This document shows, piece by piece, positions 24,419-36,889 of a stretch of DNA of 64,000 nucleotides. Source of the stretch: Candidatus Deferrimicrobiaceae bacterium (GTDB lineage: Bacteria > Desulfobacterota > Deferrimicrobia > Deferrimicrobiales > Deferrimicrobiaceae); the NCBI GenBank assembly GCA_963792415.1, contig CAWBVY010000006.1, forward strand, positions 96,001 through 160,000. The letters run 5' to 3'. The notes beneath the pieces were generated by a model. That model saw only the letters and a list, made by a program, of their open reading frames with translations, did not search any database and was not told the DNA's origin. Position 1 is the first letter of the stretch. Every line of letters begins with the position of its first letter. The translations under genes were made by a program, and so were the position numbers.

Positions 24419-25698
24419 GGGACGAAACCGACCCGGTACCGGTAGGCGTCCCCCGCGGCGGCGAGGGAGCCGCACACGACCACGACGCCTCCCTTCCCGG
24501 CCCACCGGCGGGCGATCCGCCAACCTTCCGGGAAGTCCCCCGCGAGGCGGCAGGCGATCCCCAGTTTCGCGCACGCTTCCGCGAGAGCTTCCCTTCCCGC
24601 GGCGCGGGGGTGCGAGAGCGGGTACGTAACGATCCCGTCGAAGTGTTGTCCGAGAGTCCGCAGGTACCCCGAGGGGTCCTTGTCGGAAAGCATGCTCCAC
24701 AGCGCGACCAGCCGTCTCCTCCCGCCCCAGGGGAGAACCCCCGAGATCTCCCGCACCAGCGCGGACGCCGCCTCCGCGTTGTGCCCGCCGTCCACCCACG
24801 CCCCGGCGTTTTTCCGGAGAGGGAGCGGACACCATCGGCCGGCCCAACTCGAGGCCGGAAGCGCCTTCGTCGCCGCCGCGACGAAGGCGGCGGGCCCGAT
24901 CCCCTTCATGGACGCGAGGAGCCACGAGGCGGCCAGCGCAACGGCAGCGTTGTCGCGCTGGAACCTGCCGATCCTCCGCACCCTCAGCCGATCGAGATCA
25001 AGTCCGGGGAGCGAAACCGCGAACGACCCATCACGACGCTCCCTCCAGTCGAAGGTTCGGCCAAGTTCCCAGGCGCGGCAACCGAGCCGCCGGGCGCGCC
25101 GCAGGACAACGGCGCGGGCCGCGGGGCGCAACCGCCCGGTAACGAGCGGGACGCCTCTGCGAAGGATCCCCGCCTTTTCCGAGGCGATCGATCCGATCGT
25201 ATTTCCGAGCCACTCCCGGTGGTCGTATCCGACGGTCGTGATGACCGACACCGCCGGGCGGCACGCGCTGGTCGCGTCCCATCGTCCGCCGAGCCCCGTC
25301 TCCATGACCGCGATCCGGACGTCCCTGCGCCGGAACCAGTCGGAGGCGGCCCAGGTCATCTTCTCGAACCAGGTCAGGGGATCCCCGGCTGGAGAGAGAC
25401 GCTCCGCAGCGCGAAATCCGTCACGAAGCGCGCGGGGGGAGATCATGATCCCGTCGATGCGAACCCGCTCTTCCGGCGCGACAAGGTGCGGGGAGGTATA
25501 CAGGCCGATGGGGCCCAGCGGCAGACATCGCAGGACGTCGCAGGCGAAGGAGGCGGTAGACCCCTTGCCGTTGGTCCCCGCGACGTGGAGGGTACGGAAC
25601 GCCTTCTCCGGATGCCCGGACCGGGAAAACGCCGACACGATCCGGGACAGCCCGGGGCGGACGTTTTCCGGGCCGGAAAGTCCGGTTCCCCCGATCAT
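24415..25698 (-). CDS. folC: Folylpolyglutamate synthase / dihydrofolate synthase
   Basis: [42 protein letters not shown]; ATGA overlap with accD. Confidence 0.93.
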   Translation of the reverse strand: MIGGTGLSGPENVRPGLSRIVSAFSRSGHPEKAFRTLHVAGTNGKGSTASFACDVLRCLPLGPIGLYTSPHLVAPEERVRIDGIMISPRALRDGFRAAERLSPAGDPLTWFEKMTWAASDWFRRRDVRIAVMETGLGGRWDATSACRPAVSVITTVGYDHREWLGNTIGSIASEKAGILRRGVPLVTGRLRPAARAVVLRRARRLGCRAWELGRTFDWRERRDGSFAVSLPGLDLDRLRVRRIGRFQRDNAAVALAASWLLASMKGIGPAAFVAAATKALPASSWAGRWCPLPLRKNAGAWVDGGHNAEAASALVREISGVLPWGGRRRLVALWSMLSDKDPSGYLRTLGQHFDGIVTYPLSHPRAAGREALAEACAKLGIACRLAGDFPEGWRIARRWAGKGGVVVVCGSLAAAGDAYRYRVGFVP

Positions 25699-26549
25699 CG
25701 ATCCCCGGAACCCGACAGGTACCGCAGGACCATCGAAAGCGTCGCCTTGAGCCGGCTGCGTTCGACGATCATGTCGACCATCCCGTGTTCGAGGAGAAAC
25801 TCGGCGCGCTGGAACCCCTCCGGAAGTTTCTGCTGGATCGTCTGTTCGATCACCCGGGGCCCCGCGAACCCGACCAGCGCCCCCGGCTCGGAGATGATTA
25901 CGTCCCCCAGCATCGCGAAGCTCGCAGCCACCCCGCCGGTGGTGGGGTCGGTCAGCACGCTGATGAAGGGCAGGCCGGCGTCGGAGAGACGCGCGAGCGC
26001 GGCGCTCGTCTTGGCCATCTGCATCAGGGAGAGGGTCCCCTCCTGCATGCGCGCCCCCCCGGAAGCGCTGAAGATGATGAGGGGCAGGCGGGATTCGAGG
26101 GCGACTTCCGCGGTGACGGCGATCTTCTCCCCGACGACGCTTCCCATCGAACCGCCCTGGAACTCGAAATCGAGGACAGCGAGGGCCACCTCGACCCCCT
26201 GGATCTTCCCTGTCCCCGTGATGACCGCTTCCTTGCGCCCCGTCTTCTTCTTCGCCTCCTTCAGGCGATCCGCGTACTTCTTCGTGTCCGTGAAGTTCAG
26301 GATGTCCACGGATTCCATCTCCTCGCCGAACTCCGCGAAGGTCCCCTCGTCGATCACGGCACGGATCCGCTCCCGGGCGGGGATCCGGAAGTGGTACACG
26401 CATTTCGGGCAGACGTTCAGGTTCCGCTCCACCTCGGGCTTGTAGATGATCTCGAGGCAGGCGTCGCATTTGATCCACATCCCCTCGGGGATCTTGATCT
26501 TTTTGTCGCCTTCGTCCTTTTTCCGGAAGAGTCGAATCGCCATGGCCAT
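25695..26549 (-). CDS. accD: Acetyl-CoA carboxylase carboxyltransferase beta subunit
   Basis: WIKCDAC...CPKC zinc ribbon, [37 protein letters not shown]. Confidence 0.97.
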   Translation of the reverse strand: MAMAIRLFRKKDEGDKKIKIPEGMWIKCDACLEIIYKPEVERNLNVCPKCVYHFRIPARERIRAVIDEGTFAEFGEEMESVDILNFTDTKKYADRLKEAKKKTGRKEAVITGTGKIQGVEVALAVLDFEFQGGSMGSVVGEKIAVTAEVALESRLPLIIFSASGGARMQEGTLSLMQMAKTSAALARLSDAGLPFISVLTDPTTGGVAASFAMLGDVIISEPGALVGFAGPRVIEQTIQQKLPEGFQRAEFLLEHGMVDMIVERSRLKATLSMVLRYLSGSGDR

Positions 26550-26550
26550 G

Positions 26551-27345
26551 TCACCTCAGTGCCTTTTTAAGGGATCGGACAAACCGGGAAAGTTCCGCGG
26601 GGCCGCGGGTACCGCGGCCGTTCCTTTCGACGATCTTGACGCAGGCGCTCCCGACGACCGCCGCGTCGGCGTGCCGGGTGGCGGCCGCCGCCATCGCCGG
26701 GGAGGAGATGCCGAAGCCGACGGCAACCGGCAGCCGCGTCGCCTTCGCGATCTTTCGGGTCCACGCGGCCACCTCGGGGGGGAGGGTTTTCCGCATCCCG
26801 GTCACGCCGGTCACGGAGATCAGGTACAGGAACCCGGACCCCGCGCGGTCGACCGCCCGGACCCGGTTCATCCCGGTCGTAGGGGCCGCCAGGGGGATCC
26901 AGTCGAGCCCCGCTTCCCGGATGCATGGCAGCGCCTCTCCCCGCTCCTCGAACGGCAGGTCGACCACCAGGAACCCGTCGACCCCGGCCCCACGCGCATC
27001 CTTGCACAGGGAGGGCCAGCCGTACCGGTAAAACGGGTTGTAATATCCGAAGAGCACGATCGGCGTGGCGTGCGTGCGGCGGAACCTCCGCACAAGCTCG
27101 AGGGCCCCCGCTACATTCATTCCCGACGACAACGCCCGCCGCGAAGCGGCCTCGATCGTCGGGCCATCCGCCGTGGGATCCGAAAAGGGGACTCCCACCT
27201 CGAGGATATCCGCCCCGGCGTCCGCTGCCGCCCGGAGGTACCGGAGCGATGCCGCCGGCGTCGGGTCTCCCGCGGTCAGGTAGACCACGAGCCCCCTCTC
27301 TCCGGACGCGCGGAGGCGGCGGAACGCGGCGTCAATCGCCGTCAC
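26551..27345 (-). CDS. trpA: Tryptophan synthase alpha chain
   Basis: [38 protein letters not shown]. Confidence 0.96.
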   Translation of the reverse strand: MTAIDAAFRRLRASGERGLVVYLTAGDPTPAASLRYLRAAADAGADILEVGVPFSDPTADGPTIEAASRRALSSGMNVAGALELVRRFRRTHATPIVLFGYYNPFYRYGWPSLCKDARGAGVDGFLVVDLPFEERGEALPCIREAGLDWIPLAAPTTGMNRVRAVDRAGSGFLYLISVTGVTGMRKTLPPEVAAWTRKIAKATRLPVAVGFGISSPAMAAAATRHADAAVVGSACVKIVERNGRGTRGPAELSRFVRSLKKALR

Positions 27346-28549
27346 GGCCGCCCTCCCCCAATTCCATCAGGATTCCCATGTCCTTGTCGCCCCGACCCGA
27401 GAGATTCAACAGGACGGTATCGGAGGGGCGCATCTTCCTCGCAAGGCGGTACGCGAATGCGACGGCGTGGGACGATTCGAGCGCCGGCTGGATCCCCTCG
27501 TACCGGGAGAGCAGGGAGAAGCCCGAGAGCGCCTGCGCGTCCGTCACGGAGACGTATTCCGCCCTGGCCGTCTCTTTCAACCACGCGTGCTCCGGACCCA
27601 CGCCGGGATAGTCCAGCCCCGCGGAAATCGAGTGGGCTTCGAGAATCTGTCCGTCCGCGTCTTGTAACAGGAACGACTTGCTCCCGTGGAGCACGCCGAC
27701 ATTCCCGCGGGAAAGCGTGGCCCCGTGTTTCCCGGAAGAGAGACCAAGACCCCCCGCCTCAACCCCGTAGAGCCGCACCCGGGGGTACCTCAGGAAGGAG
27801 GTGAAGATCCCCATCGCGTTGCTTCCCCCACCCACGCACGCCACTACGGCGGTCGGCAGTTTCCCCTCCGCCTTCCGGAACTGGGGGAGCGCTTCCCGCC
27901 CGATCACCGACTGGAAATCCCGTACCATCTCCGGGTACGGGTGCGGACCCGCCGTGGAACCGATCAGGTAGTAGGTGGTCCGGACGTTCGTCACCCAGTC
28001 GCGAAGCGCCTCGTTCATCGCGTCCTTCAGCGTCCGGCTCCCCGAGGTCACCGGGTTGACCCGGGCTCCGAGGAGGCGCATCCGGAAAACGTTGTGGGAC
28101 TGCCGCCGGATGTCCTCCTCGCCCATGTAGATCTCGCACGGGATCCCCATCCTGGCGCAGACGGTGGCCGTCGCGACGCCATGCTGGCCGGCGCCCGTCT
28201 CGGCGATGATCCGCCGCTTTCCCATCCTGCGCGCCAGCAGGCCCTGCCCGAGCGTATTGTTGATCTTGTGCGACCCGGTGTGGGCGAGGTCTTCCCGCTT
28301 GATGTGGATCCGGGCGCCTCCCGCCTTTTCCGTCAGCCGCTCCGCGAAATACAGCGGGGTCGGCCGGCCGGCGTAACTCTCCAGGAGACGGTCGAGCTCC
28401 CGATGGAAGGACCGGTCCCGCCACGCCTCCCGGTACGCCTTTTCCAGTTCGATCAGGGCGGACATCAGCGTCTCGGCGACGTACCTTCCCCCGAAGGGGC
28501 CGAAGTGGCCCGCCGGATCCGGTGTCCTGGTCCCCCTACGCCTCGGCAA
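27332..28549 (-). CDS. trpB: Tryptophan synthase beta chain (TrpB1)
   Basis: [65 protein letters not shown]. Confidence 0.97.
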   Translation of the reverse strand: MPRRRGTRTPDPAGHFGPFGGRYVAETLMSALIELEKAYREAWRDRSFHRELDRLLESYAGRPTPLYFAERLTEKAGGARIHIKREDLAHTGSHKINNTLGQGLLARRMGKRRIIAETGAGQHGVATATVCARMGIPCEIYMGEEDIRRQSHNVFRMRLLGARVNPVTSGSRTLKDAMNEALRDWVTNVRTTYYLIGSTAGPHPYPEMVRDFQSVIGREALPQFRKAEGKLPTAVVACVGGGSNAMGIFTSFLRYPRVRLYGVEAGGLGLSSGKHGATLSRGNVGVLHGSKSFLLQDADGQILEAHSISAGLDYPGVGPEHAWLKETARAEYVSVTDAQALSGFSLLSRYEGIQPALESSHAVAFAYRLARKMRPSDTVLLNLSGRGDKDMGILMELGEGGRDGD

Positions 28550-29198
28550 TGCGGAACCCCGCGTTCGCGCGTTCGATGAACGATTTTACCTTGTCCCGGT
28601 CTTTCCGTCCCGGCGACGACTCCACGCCGGAGGCGACGTCGACTCCGAACGGGCGCGCGGCGATGATAGCGCGCTCGACGTTTTCCGGTGTGAGCCCGCC
28701 CGCAAGGAGCCACGGTTTCCGCGCGCCTCCGGGACCCCGCGCATCCGCCACCCCCGGGAACCGCCCCGCGAGTTCCCCCCAAGCCAGTTCCCGGCCGGTC
28801 CCGCCGTAGGCGCCCTTGCCGCCGGCGTCGAACAGGAACGCCTCGCACGGATACGCGAGAAGCGCCGGCAGATCCGGGGTGCGATCCGCGTGGACCGCCT
28901 TCATCCTCCACAACGGGATGCGCGAGGCGTCCCCTGGAGGCTCGTCGCCGTGAAGCTGGACGCGACGGATCCCGAGCTTCCCGCACAGCGCGATGATGGT
29001 CCCCGGGGACGCGTTCACGAACACCCCGACGACCTCCGCCCGACCCGCCACGGCCTCCACGATCTCCCGGGCGGGGGCCGCAGGGACGAAGCGCGGCGAA
29101 CCGGTGAAGAAGTTGATCCCGATCGCCTCCGCCCCGCACGCGACGGCGTGCGCTGCGTCCTCCGGACGGGTCACCCCGCAGATCTTTATGCGGAACAT
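28536..29198 (-). CDS. trpF: Phosphoribosylanthranilate isomerase
   Basis: [34 protein letters not shown]. Confidence 0.95.
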   Translation of the reverse strand: MFRIKICGVTRPEDAAHAVACGAEAIGINFFTGSPRFVPAAPAREIVEAVAGRAEVVGVFVNASPGTIIALCGKLGIRRVQLHGDEPPGDASRIPLWRMKAVHADRTPDLPALLAYPCEAFLFDAGGKGAYGGTGRELAWGELAGRFPGVADARGPGGARKPWLLAGGLTPENVERAIIAARPFGVDVASGVESSPGRKDRDKVKSFIERANAGFRIAEA

Positions 29199-29208
29199 CC
29201 TGTCGGCA

Positions 29209-30567
29209 CTAACCCTCGACCTTGGGAAGCCGGTGAAGCGCCTCGGCGACCTTCTCTTTCGGATACTCCAGATCCTTCAAGCGCCCGTTGAGGTAGTCGT
29301 CGTAGGCGGTCAGGTCGAAGAAACCGTGCCCGCTCAGGTTGAAGAGGATGGTCTTCCGCTTCCCTTCTTCGTCCGCGCGCTTCGCCTCGACGATCGCCGA
29401 GTGGATCGCGTGGGACGACTCGGGGGCGGGAAGGATCCCTTCGGCCCGGGCGAAGGTCATCGCGCTCTGGAAAACGGCGATCTGGCCGTACGCCTGGGCC
29501 TCGATCAACCCCTCGTGATGGAGCTGGCTGACGAGCGCCGAGTCCCCGTGGTACCGGAGCCCCCCCGCGTGGATCCCGTCAGGAACGAAGTCGTGGCCGA
29601 GGGTGTACATCTTCATCAGCGGGGTGAGTTTCGCGGTATCCCCGAAATCGTAGGCGTAGATCCCCTTGGTGAGCGTCGGGCAGGAGGCCGGCTCGACCGC
29701 TACGATTCGCGGATCCTTCTTCCCGGCGATCTTGTCGCGCAGGAAGGGGAAGCCGATCCCCGCGAGGTTGCTCCCGCCCCCGCAGCACGCGATGACGACG
29801 TCGGGATAATCCCCGGCCAGCTTCATCTGCTCCTTCGCCTCCTGGCCGATGACCGTCTGGTGGAGGCAGACGTGGTTGAGGACCGACCCGAGGGAGTAGC
29901 TGGTGTCCTCGCGCGTCGCCGCGTCCTCGACCGCCTCGCTGATCGCGATCCCGAGGGATCCGGGGGAGTCCGGGAACTCCGCAAGGATGGCGCGTCCGGA
30001 GTTGGTGTCGTTGCTCGGGGACGACACGACCTTCGCCCCCCAGGTTTCCATGAGCATCCGGCGATACGGCTTCTGGTTGTAGCTGACCTTCACCATGTAC
30101 ACCTTCACTTCGAGACCGAAGAACGACCCTGCGAGGGCCATGGCGGAACCCCACTGCCCGGCGCCCGTCTCGGTAGCGATCCTTTTTCGTCCCGCCATCT
30201 TGTTGTAATACGCCTGGGGGATAGAGGTGTTCGGCTTGTGACTTCCCGCGGGACTGACACCCTCGTATTTGTAATAGATCTTCGACTTCGTCCCCACCGC
30301 CTCCTCGAGGCGAAAGGCGCGGAACATCGGTGTCGGCCTCCAGAGGGTGTAGATGTCCCGGACCGCCTCGGGGATCGGGATCTCCCGCTGCGACGACACC
30401 TCCTGCTCGATCAGGGGCATGGGGAACAGCGGGGCGAGATCGGCGGGGCCCACCGGCTTGCCGGTGCCGGGGTGCAGCACCGCAGCCGGAGGGTTCGGCA
30501 TATCCGCCATGACGTTGTACCAGGTCTTCGGTATCTCCGAATCCTTGAGGAGAAACTTTACTTTCAT
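29209..30567 (-). CDS. trpB2: TrpB2-type tryptophan synthase beta chain (TrpB-like PLP enzyme)
   Basis: IPKTWYN N-terminus, [54 protein letters not shown]. Confidence 0.93.
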   Translation of the reverse strand: MKVKFLLKDSEIPKTWYNVMADMPNPPAAVLHPGTGKPVGPADLAPLFPMPLIEQEVSSQREIPIPEAVRDIYTLWRPTPMFRAFRLEEAVGTKSKIYYKYEGVSPAGSHKPNTSIPQAYYNKMAGRKRIATETGAGQWGSAMALAGSFFGLEVKVYMVKVSYNQKPYRRMLMETWGAKVVSSPSNDTNSGRAILAEFPDSPGSLGIAISEAVEDAATREDTSYSLGSVLNHVCLHQTVIGQEAKEQMKLAGDYPDVVIACCGGGSNLAGIGFPFLRDKIAGKKDPRIVAVEPASCPTLTKGIYAYDFGDTAKLTPLMKMYTLGHDFVPDGIHAGGLRYHGDSALVSQLHHEGLIEAQAYGQIAVFQSAMTFARAEGILPAPESSHAIHSAIVEAKRADEEGKRKTILFNLSGHGFFDLTAYDDYLNGRLKDLEYPKEKVAEALHRLPKVEG

Positions 30568-30610
30568 CGCGTTGGCTCCTTTGCTATTTTTTCGATCCCC
30601 GGATCCCCGC

Positions 30611-31384
30611 TCATTTTCCCACATACCCGCGGATCGTGTCAGCGGGGTCTTTGCTCCCGGCAAGGGACTCCCCGATCAGGAAGAGACGGGCGCCGGCCCT
30701 GTGGAAGCCCCGGACCTGGTCCGCCGAAGAGATGCCGCTCTCCACGACCGGGTACACCCCGGCAGGAAGAAGGGGGAGCAGGCGGGCCCCCCTGGACAGG
30801 TCCACGGTCAGCGTGTCCAGATCCCGGTTATTGATGCCGACCAGTCGCGCCCCCGATCGGACGGCGATCGCGATCTCCGCCGCGTCGCGCGCTTCGACCA
30901 GCGGTTCGAGCCGGTGCGAGAAGGCCCGCGCCGCCATCTCCACCGTCTTTTCGCCGAGGACGGAGACCATGAGCAGGACCAGATCCGCGCCGTGCGCCCG
31001 GGACTCCGCCAGCATGTAGTCGTCCAGCACGAAATCCTTCCGCAGAAGCGTCGCCTCCGGGAACGCGGCCCGGACGTCCGATAGGTCCGTGAGCGACCCG
31101 CCGAAGTTCCGGCCCTCCGTCAGGACCGAGACGGCCCACGCGCCCCCCGCAAGATAGGCGGCGGCGGTCGCGACGGCGTCGAGATCGCGGCGGATCCATC
31201 CTCTCGATGGGGAGGCGCGCTTGATCTCGGCGATGATTCCGGGGCCTTCCGGGATCGTCCGCAGGAGATCCTTCGCAGGCCCGCGCATCGAAGCGGTCCG
31301 AAGAAGGTCCCCGATCGGAACGTCCGCCTGCCGCACGGAGAGGTCCTCGCGAACGCCCGACAGGATGCGATCGAGGTGGGTCAG
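30611..31384 (-). CDS. trpC: Indole-3-glycerol phosphate synthase (probable CTG start at 31384; first canonical start at 31336)
   Basis: [40 protein letters not shown]; in-frame upstream [14 protein letters not shown] resembles the usual N-terminal helix. Confidence 0.93.
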   Translation of the reverse strand: MTHLDRILSGVREDLSVRQADVPIGDLLRTASMRGPAKDLLRTIPEGPGIIAEIKRASPSRGWIRRDLDAVATAAAYLAGGAWAVSVLTEGRNFGGSLTDLSDVRAAFPEATLLRKDFVLDDYMLAESRAHGADLVLLMVSVLGEKTVEMAARAFSHRLEPLVEARDAAEIAIAVRSGARLVGINNRDLDTLTVDLSRGARLLPLLPAGVYPVVESGISSADQVRGFHRAGARLFLIGESLAGSKDPADTIRGYVGK

Positions 31385-33003
31385 CGCGCTTCCCTCTTCC
31401 CGAGGATGGCGAGGAATCCCCGAAGCCGCTCCATCGCCGCGCCCGAGTCGATGGCGCGGGTCGCCGACCGCACCCCCTCCCGCAGGTCCTCCGCGGCCCC
31501 GCCGGCGACCGACGCGAAGGCGGCGTTCACGAGCACGGCCTGCCGGGCCGGGCCCGGATCCCCCGAGAGAACCCCCAGGAGGATCTTGGCATTCGCGGAG
31601 GCATCCCCCCCGCGAAGGGCGCCCAGGGGGACATACTCGAACCCGAGCTGCCGCGGATCGAAGAGGAAACGCTTCACCTTCCCCGCCCGCACCTCCCAGA
31701 CGATCGTAGGCGCGGCGAGCGAGACCTCGTCCAGCCCGTCGGTTCCGTGAACCACGAACGCGTGCAGGTGGCCGGATTCCGCGAGAACCCGTGCGTACGT
31801 GTCCCCGAGTTCCTCGCTGAACACGCCGACGACCTGCCGCCGCACGCCGGCGGGATTGCTGATCGGGCCGAGGATGTTGAAGATCGTCCGGATGGCGATC
31901 TCCCGTCGCGGGCCGATGGCGTACTTCATCGCGGAGTGGAATCTGGGGGCGAACATGAAGGTGATCCCTGCCTCGTCAAGGGCGCGCTGTACCAGGGCGG
32001 TGTCCGCGTTCAGATCCATGCCGAGCGCTTCCAGCACGTCCGCGCTTCCGGAGCGGCTGGTCACGGACCGGTTCCCGTGCTTCGCAACGGTGACTCCGCT
32101 TCCCGCGGCGACGAACGCCACGGTGGTGGATATGTTGAACGTTCCGGCGCGATCCCCTCCCGTTCCGCACGTGTCGAGGACCTCTTTCCCCGCAGGAGGG
32201 ACGATGCGGATCGCCTTCTGCCGCATCACTTCGGCGGCAGCGGCGATTTCCGTGATCGTCTCCCCCTTCATGGAAAGACAGGAGAGGAACGAGGCGATCT
32301 GGGCGGGGGAAGCTTCGCCGCCCATGATCATCCGCATCGCGTCCCGCATCCCGTCGGCGGACAGGTTCCTGCGCCCCGAGACGGCGGCGATCGCCTCCTG
32401 GATGTTCCCGAACTCCCGCAGAACGGGTTGGGACGGGTCGATCAGGGAAAGAAAATTCTCGAGGAGACGCATCCCCGACGGGGTAAGGATCGACTCCGGG
32501 TGAAACTGCACGCCGAAGACCGGTTTTTCGAGGTGTCGCACCCCCATCACCTCGCCGTCCTCGGCCTCGGCGCAAACCTCCAGTTCCGTTGGAAGGGTCC
32601 CGCGCTCCACCGCGAGGGAATGGTACCGCGTGGCGGTCATCGGGTTCTCGACCATCGAGAAGATCCCCTTGCCGTTGTGCAGGACGCGGGAGGTCTTGCC
32701 GTGCATGAGCGCCTGGGCGTGGACGATCCGTCCCCCGAACGCCTGCCCTACGCACTGATGACCCAGGCAGACCCCGAGTATGGGGATCCGGTCCTCGAAC
32801 TCCCTGATCGCGTCGAGAGAGATCCCGGCATCGTCCGGTCCGCCCGGCCCCGGTGAGATCACCAGGCCCGTGGGGTTCCGGAGCGCCAGTTCCTTCACCG
32901 TGATCGCGTCGTTGCGGAACACCGACACCTCGGCGCCGAGTTCGCAGAAATATTGCACGAGGTTCCAGGTGAACGAATCGTAATTATCGATGACGGCGAT
33001 CAT
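31381..33003 (-). CDS. trpGD: Fused anthranilate synthase component II / anthranilate phosphoribosyltransferase (TrpG-TrpD)
   Basis: [26 protein letters not shown] (GATase), then [32 protein letters not shown] (PRT), all in one frame. Confidence 0.95.
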   Translation of the reverse strand: MIAVIDNYDSFTWNLVQYFCELGAEVSVFRNDAITVKELALRNPTGLVISPGPGGPDDAGISLDAIREFEDRIPILGVCLGHQCVGQAFGGRIVHAQALMHGKTSRVLHNGKGIFSMVENPMTATRYHSLAVERGTLPTELEVCAEAEDGEVMGVRHLEKPVFGVQFHPESILTPSGMRLLENFLSLIDPSQPVLREFGNIQEAIAAVSGRRNLSADGMRDAMRMIMGGEASPAQIASFLSCLSMKGETITEIAAAAEVMRQKAIRIVPPAGKEVLDTCGTGGDRAGTFNISTTVAFVAAGSGVTVAKHGNRSVTSRSGSADVLEALGMDLNADTALVQRALDEAGITFMFAPRFHSAMKYAIGPRREIAIRTIFNILGPISNPAGVRRQVVGVFSEELGDTYARVLAESGHLHAFVVHGTDGLDEVSLAAPTIVWEVRAGKVKRFLFDPRQLGFEYVPLGALRGGDASANAKILLGVLSGDPGPARQAVLVNAAFASVAGGAAEDLREGVRSATRAIDSGAAMERLRGFLAILGKREAR

Positions 33004-34490
33004 GGCGCCTCCAGCGTTTCCATAGAAACGCCGACGGCGCGGAAGAGGATCTTCGCCTTGCTCAGAATCTCGTCCCACTCCCGGGCGGGATCCGAATCCG
33101 CGACGATTCCGGCCCCCGCCTGGATCTTCGCCTCCCCCCCAGACATCACGATGGTTCGAATCGCGATGCAGAAGTCCATGCTGCCCTGCAGGTCGAAATA
33201 TCCGACCGCCCCCGCGTAGATCCCCCGGCGGAACGGTTCGAGATCGGAGATGATCTGCATCGCCCGGACCTTCGGGGCGCCCGAGACCGTCCCCGCGGGA
33301 AACGCCGCGCGGAGCACGTCGAACGCGGTGAGCCCCTCGCGAAGCTTCCCGACCACGTTCGACACGATGTGCATGACGTGCGAGTACCGCTCGATCCCCA
33401 TCAGTTCGTTGGCTTTCACGGATCCCCACGCGGCGACGCGGCCCACGTCGTTGCGTCCGAGATCCACGAGCATCACGTGCTCCGCGAGCTCCTTCGGGTC
33501 CGACAGAAGCTCCGCCTCCAGCCGGCGGTCCTCCGAGGGGGTGGCGCCCCGGGGTCGCGTCCCCGCGATGGGGCGGAGCTGAATCTCGTCCCCCTCCAGC
33601 CGCACGAGGATTTCCGGCGAGGATCCGACGATCGACAGGTCCCCCATCCTCAGGAGGTACATGTAGGGGGAGGGATTGATGGCCCGAAGAACGCGGTACA
33701 CCTCGGCGGGAGTCCGCCGCGTGCGCACGGTCGCCCGGTTGGAGAGAACCGTCTGGATGATGTCGCCGTTCCGGATGTGCTCCTTGGCTTTGCGCACCGC
33801 GTCAAGGAAGGTCGGGCGGGACATCTCGAATGCGGGGGCCTCCCCCACGTCGTCCCCGTCCGGCACTTCGGATCCTTCGAGCGGAACGCGGAGGATCTCC
33901 CGAATTTCCTCGATGGCCTCCAGCGCTCTCGCGTAGGCGGTGCCCGGGTCCTGCCCCGCGCTGACCGAACCGTGAGCGACGATGAGGATCGTGTGCCGGA
34001 CGTTGTCGAAGATCAGGAGCCGGGACGGAAAGAGAAACATCGCGTCGGGTGCGTCGGTCAAGGGCCGTTCCCCCCCGACCTTCTCGAGATACCGGACGTA
34101 GTCGTATCCGATGTAACCGACCGCGCCCCCCGAAAGCCTGGGGAGTCCCGGCGCCGGACGGTACCGAATGTCCTTCAGGATCCCCGCGAGCGCGTCAAGC
34201 GGATCCCCCGTGACGGGAAGGTCCCGCGTCTCCCCACCCTGTCGGACCGTGATTCCACTTTCGTCGGCGCGAAACCGGAGATGCGGGTCGAATCCGATGA
34301 AGGAGTACCGGGCCCATTTTTCCCCCCCCTCGACGCTCTCCAGCAGGAAGTGGTCGGTCGGAAAACGGGCCGAAATCTTCAGGTAGGCGGAGACCGGGGT
34401 CTCGAGGTCGGCGTGGAATTCGCGGAAGACGGGAATCAGCGCTCCTGCCGAAGCCTGCCGGAGAAATTGCGCCTTGTCGGGGACGATCAC
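33000..34490 (-). CDS. trpE: Anthranilate synthase component I
   Basis: [59 protein letters not shown]. Confidence 0.96.
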   Translation of the reverse strand: MIVPDKAQFLRQASAGALIPVFREFHADLETPVSAYLKISARFPTDHFLLESVEGGEKWARYSFIGFDPHLRFRADESGITVRQGGETRDLPVTGDPLDALAGILKDIRYRPAPGLPRLSGGAVGYIGYDYVRYLEKVGGERPLTDAPDAMFLFPSRLLIFDNVRHTILIVAHGSVSAGQDPGTAYARALEAIEEIREILRVPLEGSEVPDGDDVGEAPAFEMSRPTFLDAVRKAKEHIRNGDIIQTVLSNRATVRTRRTPAEVYRVLRAINPSPYMYLLRMGDLSIVGSSPEILVRLEGDEIQLRPIAGTRPRGATPSEDRRLEAELLSDPKELAEHVMLVDLGRNDVGRVAAWGSVKANELMGIERYSHVMHIVSNVVGKLREGLTAFDVLRAAFPAGTVSGAPKVRAMQIISDLEPFRRGIYAGAVGYFDLQGSMDFCIAIRTIVMSGGEAKIQAGAGIVADSDPAREWDEILSKAKILFRAVGVSMETLEAP

Positions 34491-34499
34491 GGCGTCACC

Positions 34500-35192
34500 T
34501 CACACCTTCAACAGGATAACGTCGATCTTCATCTCGGTTCGTATCGCTTTCATCGCCTTCATGGCCTCGTCACGGGATCCGAACGGCCCCACGCGAACCC
34601 GGTACACCTCCCCGAGCGTCCGGGTCGTCGCGTGAATCACCTTCGCCTTGTATCCGTTCGATTCGAGGCGCCTCCGCAAAGCGTCGGCGGATTCGCGCGA
34701 TTTCATCGCCCCCGCCTGCAGCATGAATTTTGCCTCCCCGGATGGGGAGGAAACCTTCGCCTTCTCTTTTTCCTTCTCTTTCTCCTTCCCCTTCTTCTTC
34801 CCCATCGGCTCCGGAGAAGGATCCTTCCGGGAGAGCGATTCGGGGAAGGTGGCCTCGGACTCCGTCTTCTTTAGATCTTCCCTCGCGGTAGGGGGGATCG
34901 CCCCGGGAGGGGGCACCCCCGGGATCTTCGACGCCTCCTCCGAAAACGCCGACATATCCTTCCGGATCTCCGCGGAGGTGGTGGTCCGCGCCCCGTTCTC
35001 GGCGGTGGGGGCCGGGAAAACGAATTTCCCCGCCGCCTCCTTCACCGCGCTCTTCTCGACGTATCTCCCCAGCTGGAACCCGAGAAAAAAGGCGAAGGCG
35101 ATGACGACGAGGGTGCCGACGACGAAGAAGGCGAAGGAGTGCCGGTCGGGATCCCCGCGTCGATACCGAAGTTTGTGGCGGAGCGATTTCAC
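34500..35192 (-). CDS. SPOR-domain cell-division protein (single TM, low-complexity linker)
   Basis: TM segment FAFFVVGTLVVIAFAFFLGF, Pro/Lys/Glu linker, SPOR domain LQAGAM...YRVRVGPFGSRDEA; GTGA overlap with the argS stop. Confidence 0.88.
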   Translation of the reverse strand: MKSLRHKLRYRRGDPDRHSFAFFVVGTLVVIAFAFFLGFQLGRYVEKSAVKEAAGKFVFPAPTAENGARTTTSAEIRKDMSAFSEEASKIPGVPPPGAIPPTAREDLKKTESEATFPESLSRKDPSPEPMGKKKGKEKEKEKEKAKVSSPSGEAKFMLQAGAMKSRESADALRRRLESNGYKAKVIHATTRTLGEVYRVRVGPFGSRDEAMKAMKAIRTEMKIDVILLKV

Positions 35193-36853
35193 ATCCGGTC
35201 CGGAGCCGTCACGCCGATCAGCGAAAGCCCGGACGCGACCACCGTTTTCACGCCAAGCGCGAGTGCGAGACGGGCCTGCGTCCGCTCGGGAGATTCCCCG
35301 AGGAACCGGTGCTGATGGTAGAAGGCGTGGAAGAGATCCGCAACCTCCACGAGATAAAAGGGAACCCGATGGGGCTCCAGCGTCTTCGCGCACTCCGAGA
35401 CGACGTCGGGAAAGCGGGCGACCGCCTTCATCAGCCGCACTTCCTCGGGGAAGGTGAGCAGGGAAAGGGGTGGGTGTCCGGCGAGCGTCCTGCCCTGGGC
35501 TTCCGCCTCGCGGAACACGGAGCAGATCCGGGCGTGCACGTACTGGATGTAATACACCGGGTTGTTTCGCGACTGTGTCTTCGCGAGGGTGAGATCGAAG
35601 TCCAGGTGGGTGTGGAAGCTGCGCAGCAGGTAGAAAAACCGCGCGGCATCGACCCCCACCTCGTCGAGGACCTCCCGGAGCGTCGTGAAATCCCCCGACC
35701 GGGTCGACATCTGGACGGCCTTTCCCTCCCGGATCAAGGTCACGAACTGGACGAGAAGCACCTCCAGGCGGTTCTCGTCCTCCCCGAGCCCCCGAAGCGC
35801 CGCGCGCAGTCTCGGCACGTACCCGTGATGGTCGGCCCCCCAGATGTCGATCATCCGGGAGAACCCGTCCCGCAGCTTGTGCCGGTGATACGCGACGTCC
35901 GCCGCGAAATAGGTGGTTCGCCCGTCCGCGCGAACCAGGACGCGGTCCTTCTCGTCCCCAAGCGCCTGGCTGCGGAAGTAGGTCGCCCCATCGGCCTCAT
36001 AGAGCTGTCCGCGTTCCCGGAGATCCTCAAGGGCGGCGGCGACCAGACCCTGGTCGTGCAGTTCTTTCTCCGCAAACCACCGGTCGTACGTCACTCGGAA
36101 CGAGGCGAGGTCGTCGCGGATCCCGCGAAGGATGCGATCACCGGCCTCCTTCCGGAAGACGGGAAGCGTCTCCTCCTCCGGCGAGTCGGCGTACCGGTCC
36201 CCCACTTCCTCGCGAAAGTCCCGCGCGAGTTCGATCAGGTACTCCCCGCGATACCCATCCTCTGGGAGTTCTTCGGTCCGTCCGCACAGAACACGGTATC
36301 TCGCGAAGAGCGAGCGCCCCAGGTTGTCCATCTGGGTGCCGACGTCGTTGATGTAATATTCGCGGACGACCTTGTGGCCGGTGAACTCGAGGATCCGGGC
36401 AAGGGCGTCGCCGACGGCGGCGCCGCGGCCGTGACCGACGTGAAGCGGGCCGGTCGGGTTGGCCGACACGAACTCGAGGTGGACGGTCTTTCCCTCCCCG
36501 ATCTTCGAGGCGCCGAACCGGGGCCCCTTTTCCAGGGCGACCGTCAGGACTTCCCTCCAGAACTCCTCGGAGAGGACGATGTTGATGAACCCCGGGCCGG
36601 CGATCGAAAGGGACGCGAAGCGGCCCCGCCGGTCCTCCTCGCGGAGCGCCGAAACGATTTCCTCCGCCACCGCCCGCGGTTTTCTCCCGAGACGCCTGGC
36701 GAGCTGCATCGCCGCGTTTGTGGAGAAATCCCCGTGCGATTCCTGGCGGGGGATCTCGAGAGCGACGGGAAGCTCCGCGTCCTCCCCCCATTCCGCAACC
36801 TTTTTCCGGACCGCGGAGAAGACCAGGGATTCGACGATACGACGTGCGTCCAA
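35189..36853 (-). CDS. argS: Arginine--tRNA ligase
   Basis: HGDFSTN, GPGFIN, EFVSANPTGPLHVGHGR, WGADHHGY, MSTRSG, YIQYVHARI. Confidence 0.97.
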   Translation of the reverse strand: MDARRIVESLVFSAVRKKVAEWGEDAELPVALEIPRQESHGDFSTNAAMQLARRLGRKPRAVAEEIVSALREEDRRGRFASLSIAGPGFINIVLSEEFWREVLTVALEKGPRFGASKIGEGKTVHLEFVSANPTGPLHVGHGRGAAVGDALARILEFTGHKVVREYYINDVGTQMDNLGRSLFARYRVLCGRTEELPEDGYRGEYLIELARDFREEVGDRYADSPEEETLPVFRKEAGDRILRGIRDDLASFRVTYDRWFAEKELHDQGLVAAALEDLRERGQLYEADGATYFRSQALGDEKDRVLVRADGRTTYFAADVAYHRHKLRDGFSRMIDIWGADHHGYVPRLRAALRGLGEDENRLEVLLVQFVTLIREGKAVQMSTRSGDFTTLREVLDEVGVDAARFFYLLRSFHTHLDFDLTLAKTQSRNNPVYYIQYVHARICSVFREAEAQGRTLAGHPPLSLLTFPEEVRLMKAVARFPDVVSECAKTLEPHRVPFYLVEVADLFHAFYHQHRFLGESPERTQARLALALGVKTVVASGLSLIGVTAPDRM

Positions 36854-36889
36854 ACGGCGCCTCGATGGGAAAATGATTGTAAAGGCTGC

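Noticed and set aside
34760-34805. Purine-rich short repeats in the SPOR gene and poly-Gly codons in the PEGA gene as possible repeat arrays
   Set aside because: They are low-complexity coding linkers (KEKEKE, GGGGS) without repeat-spacer structure.
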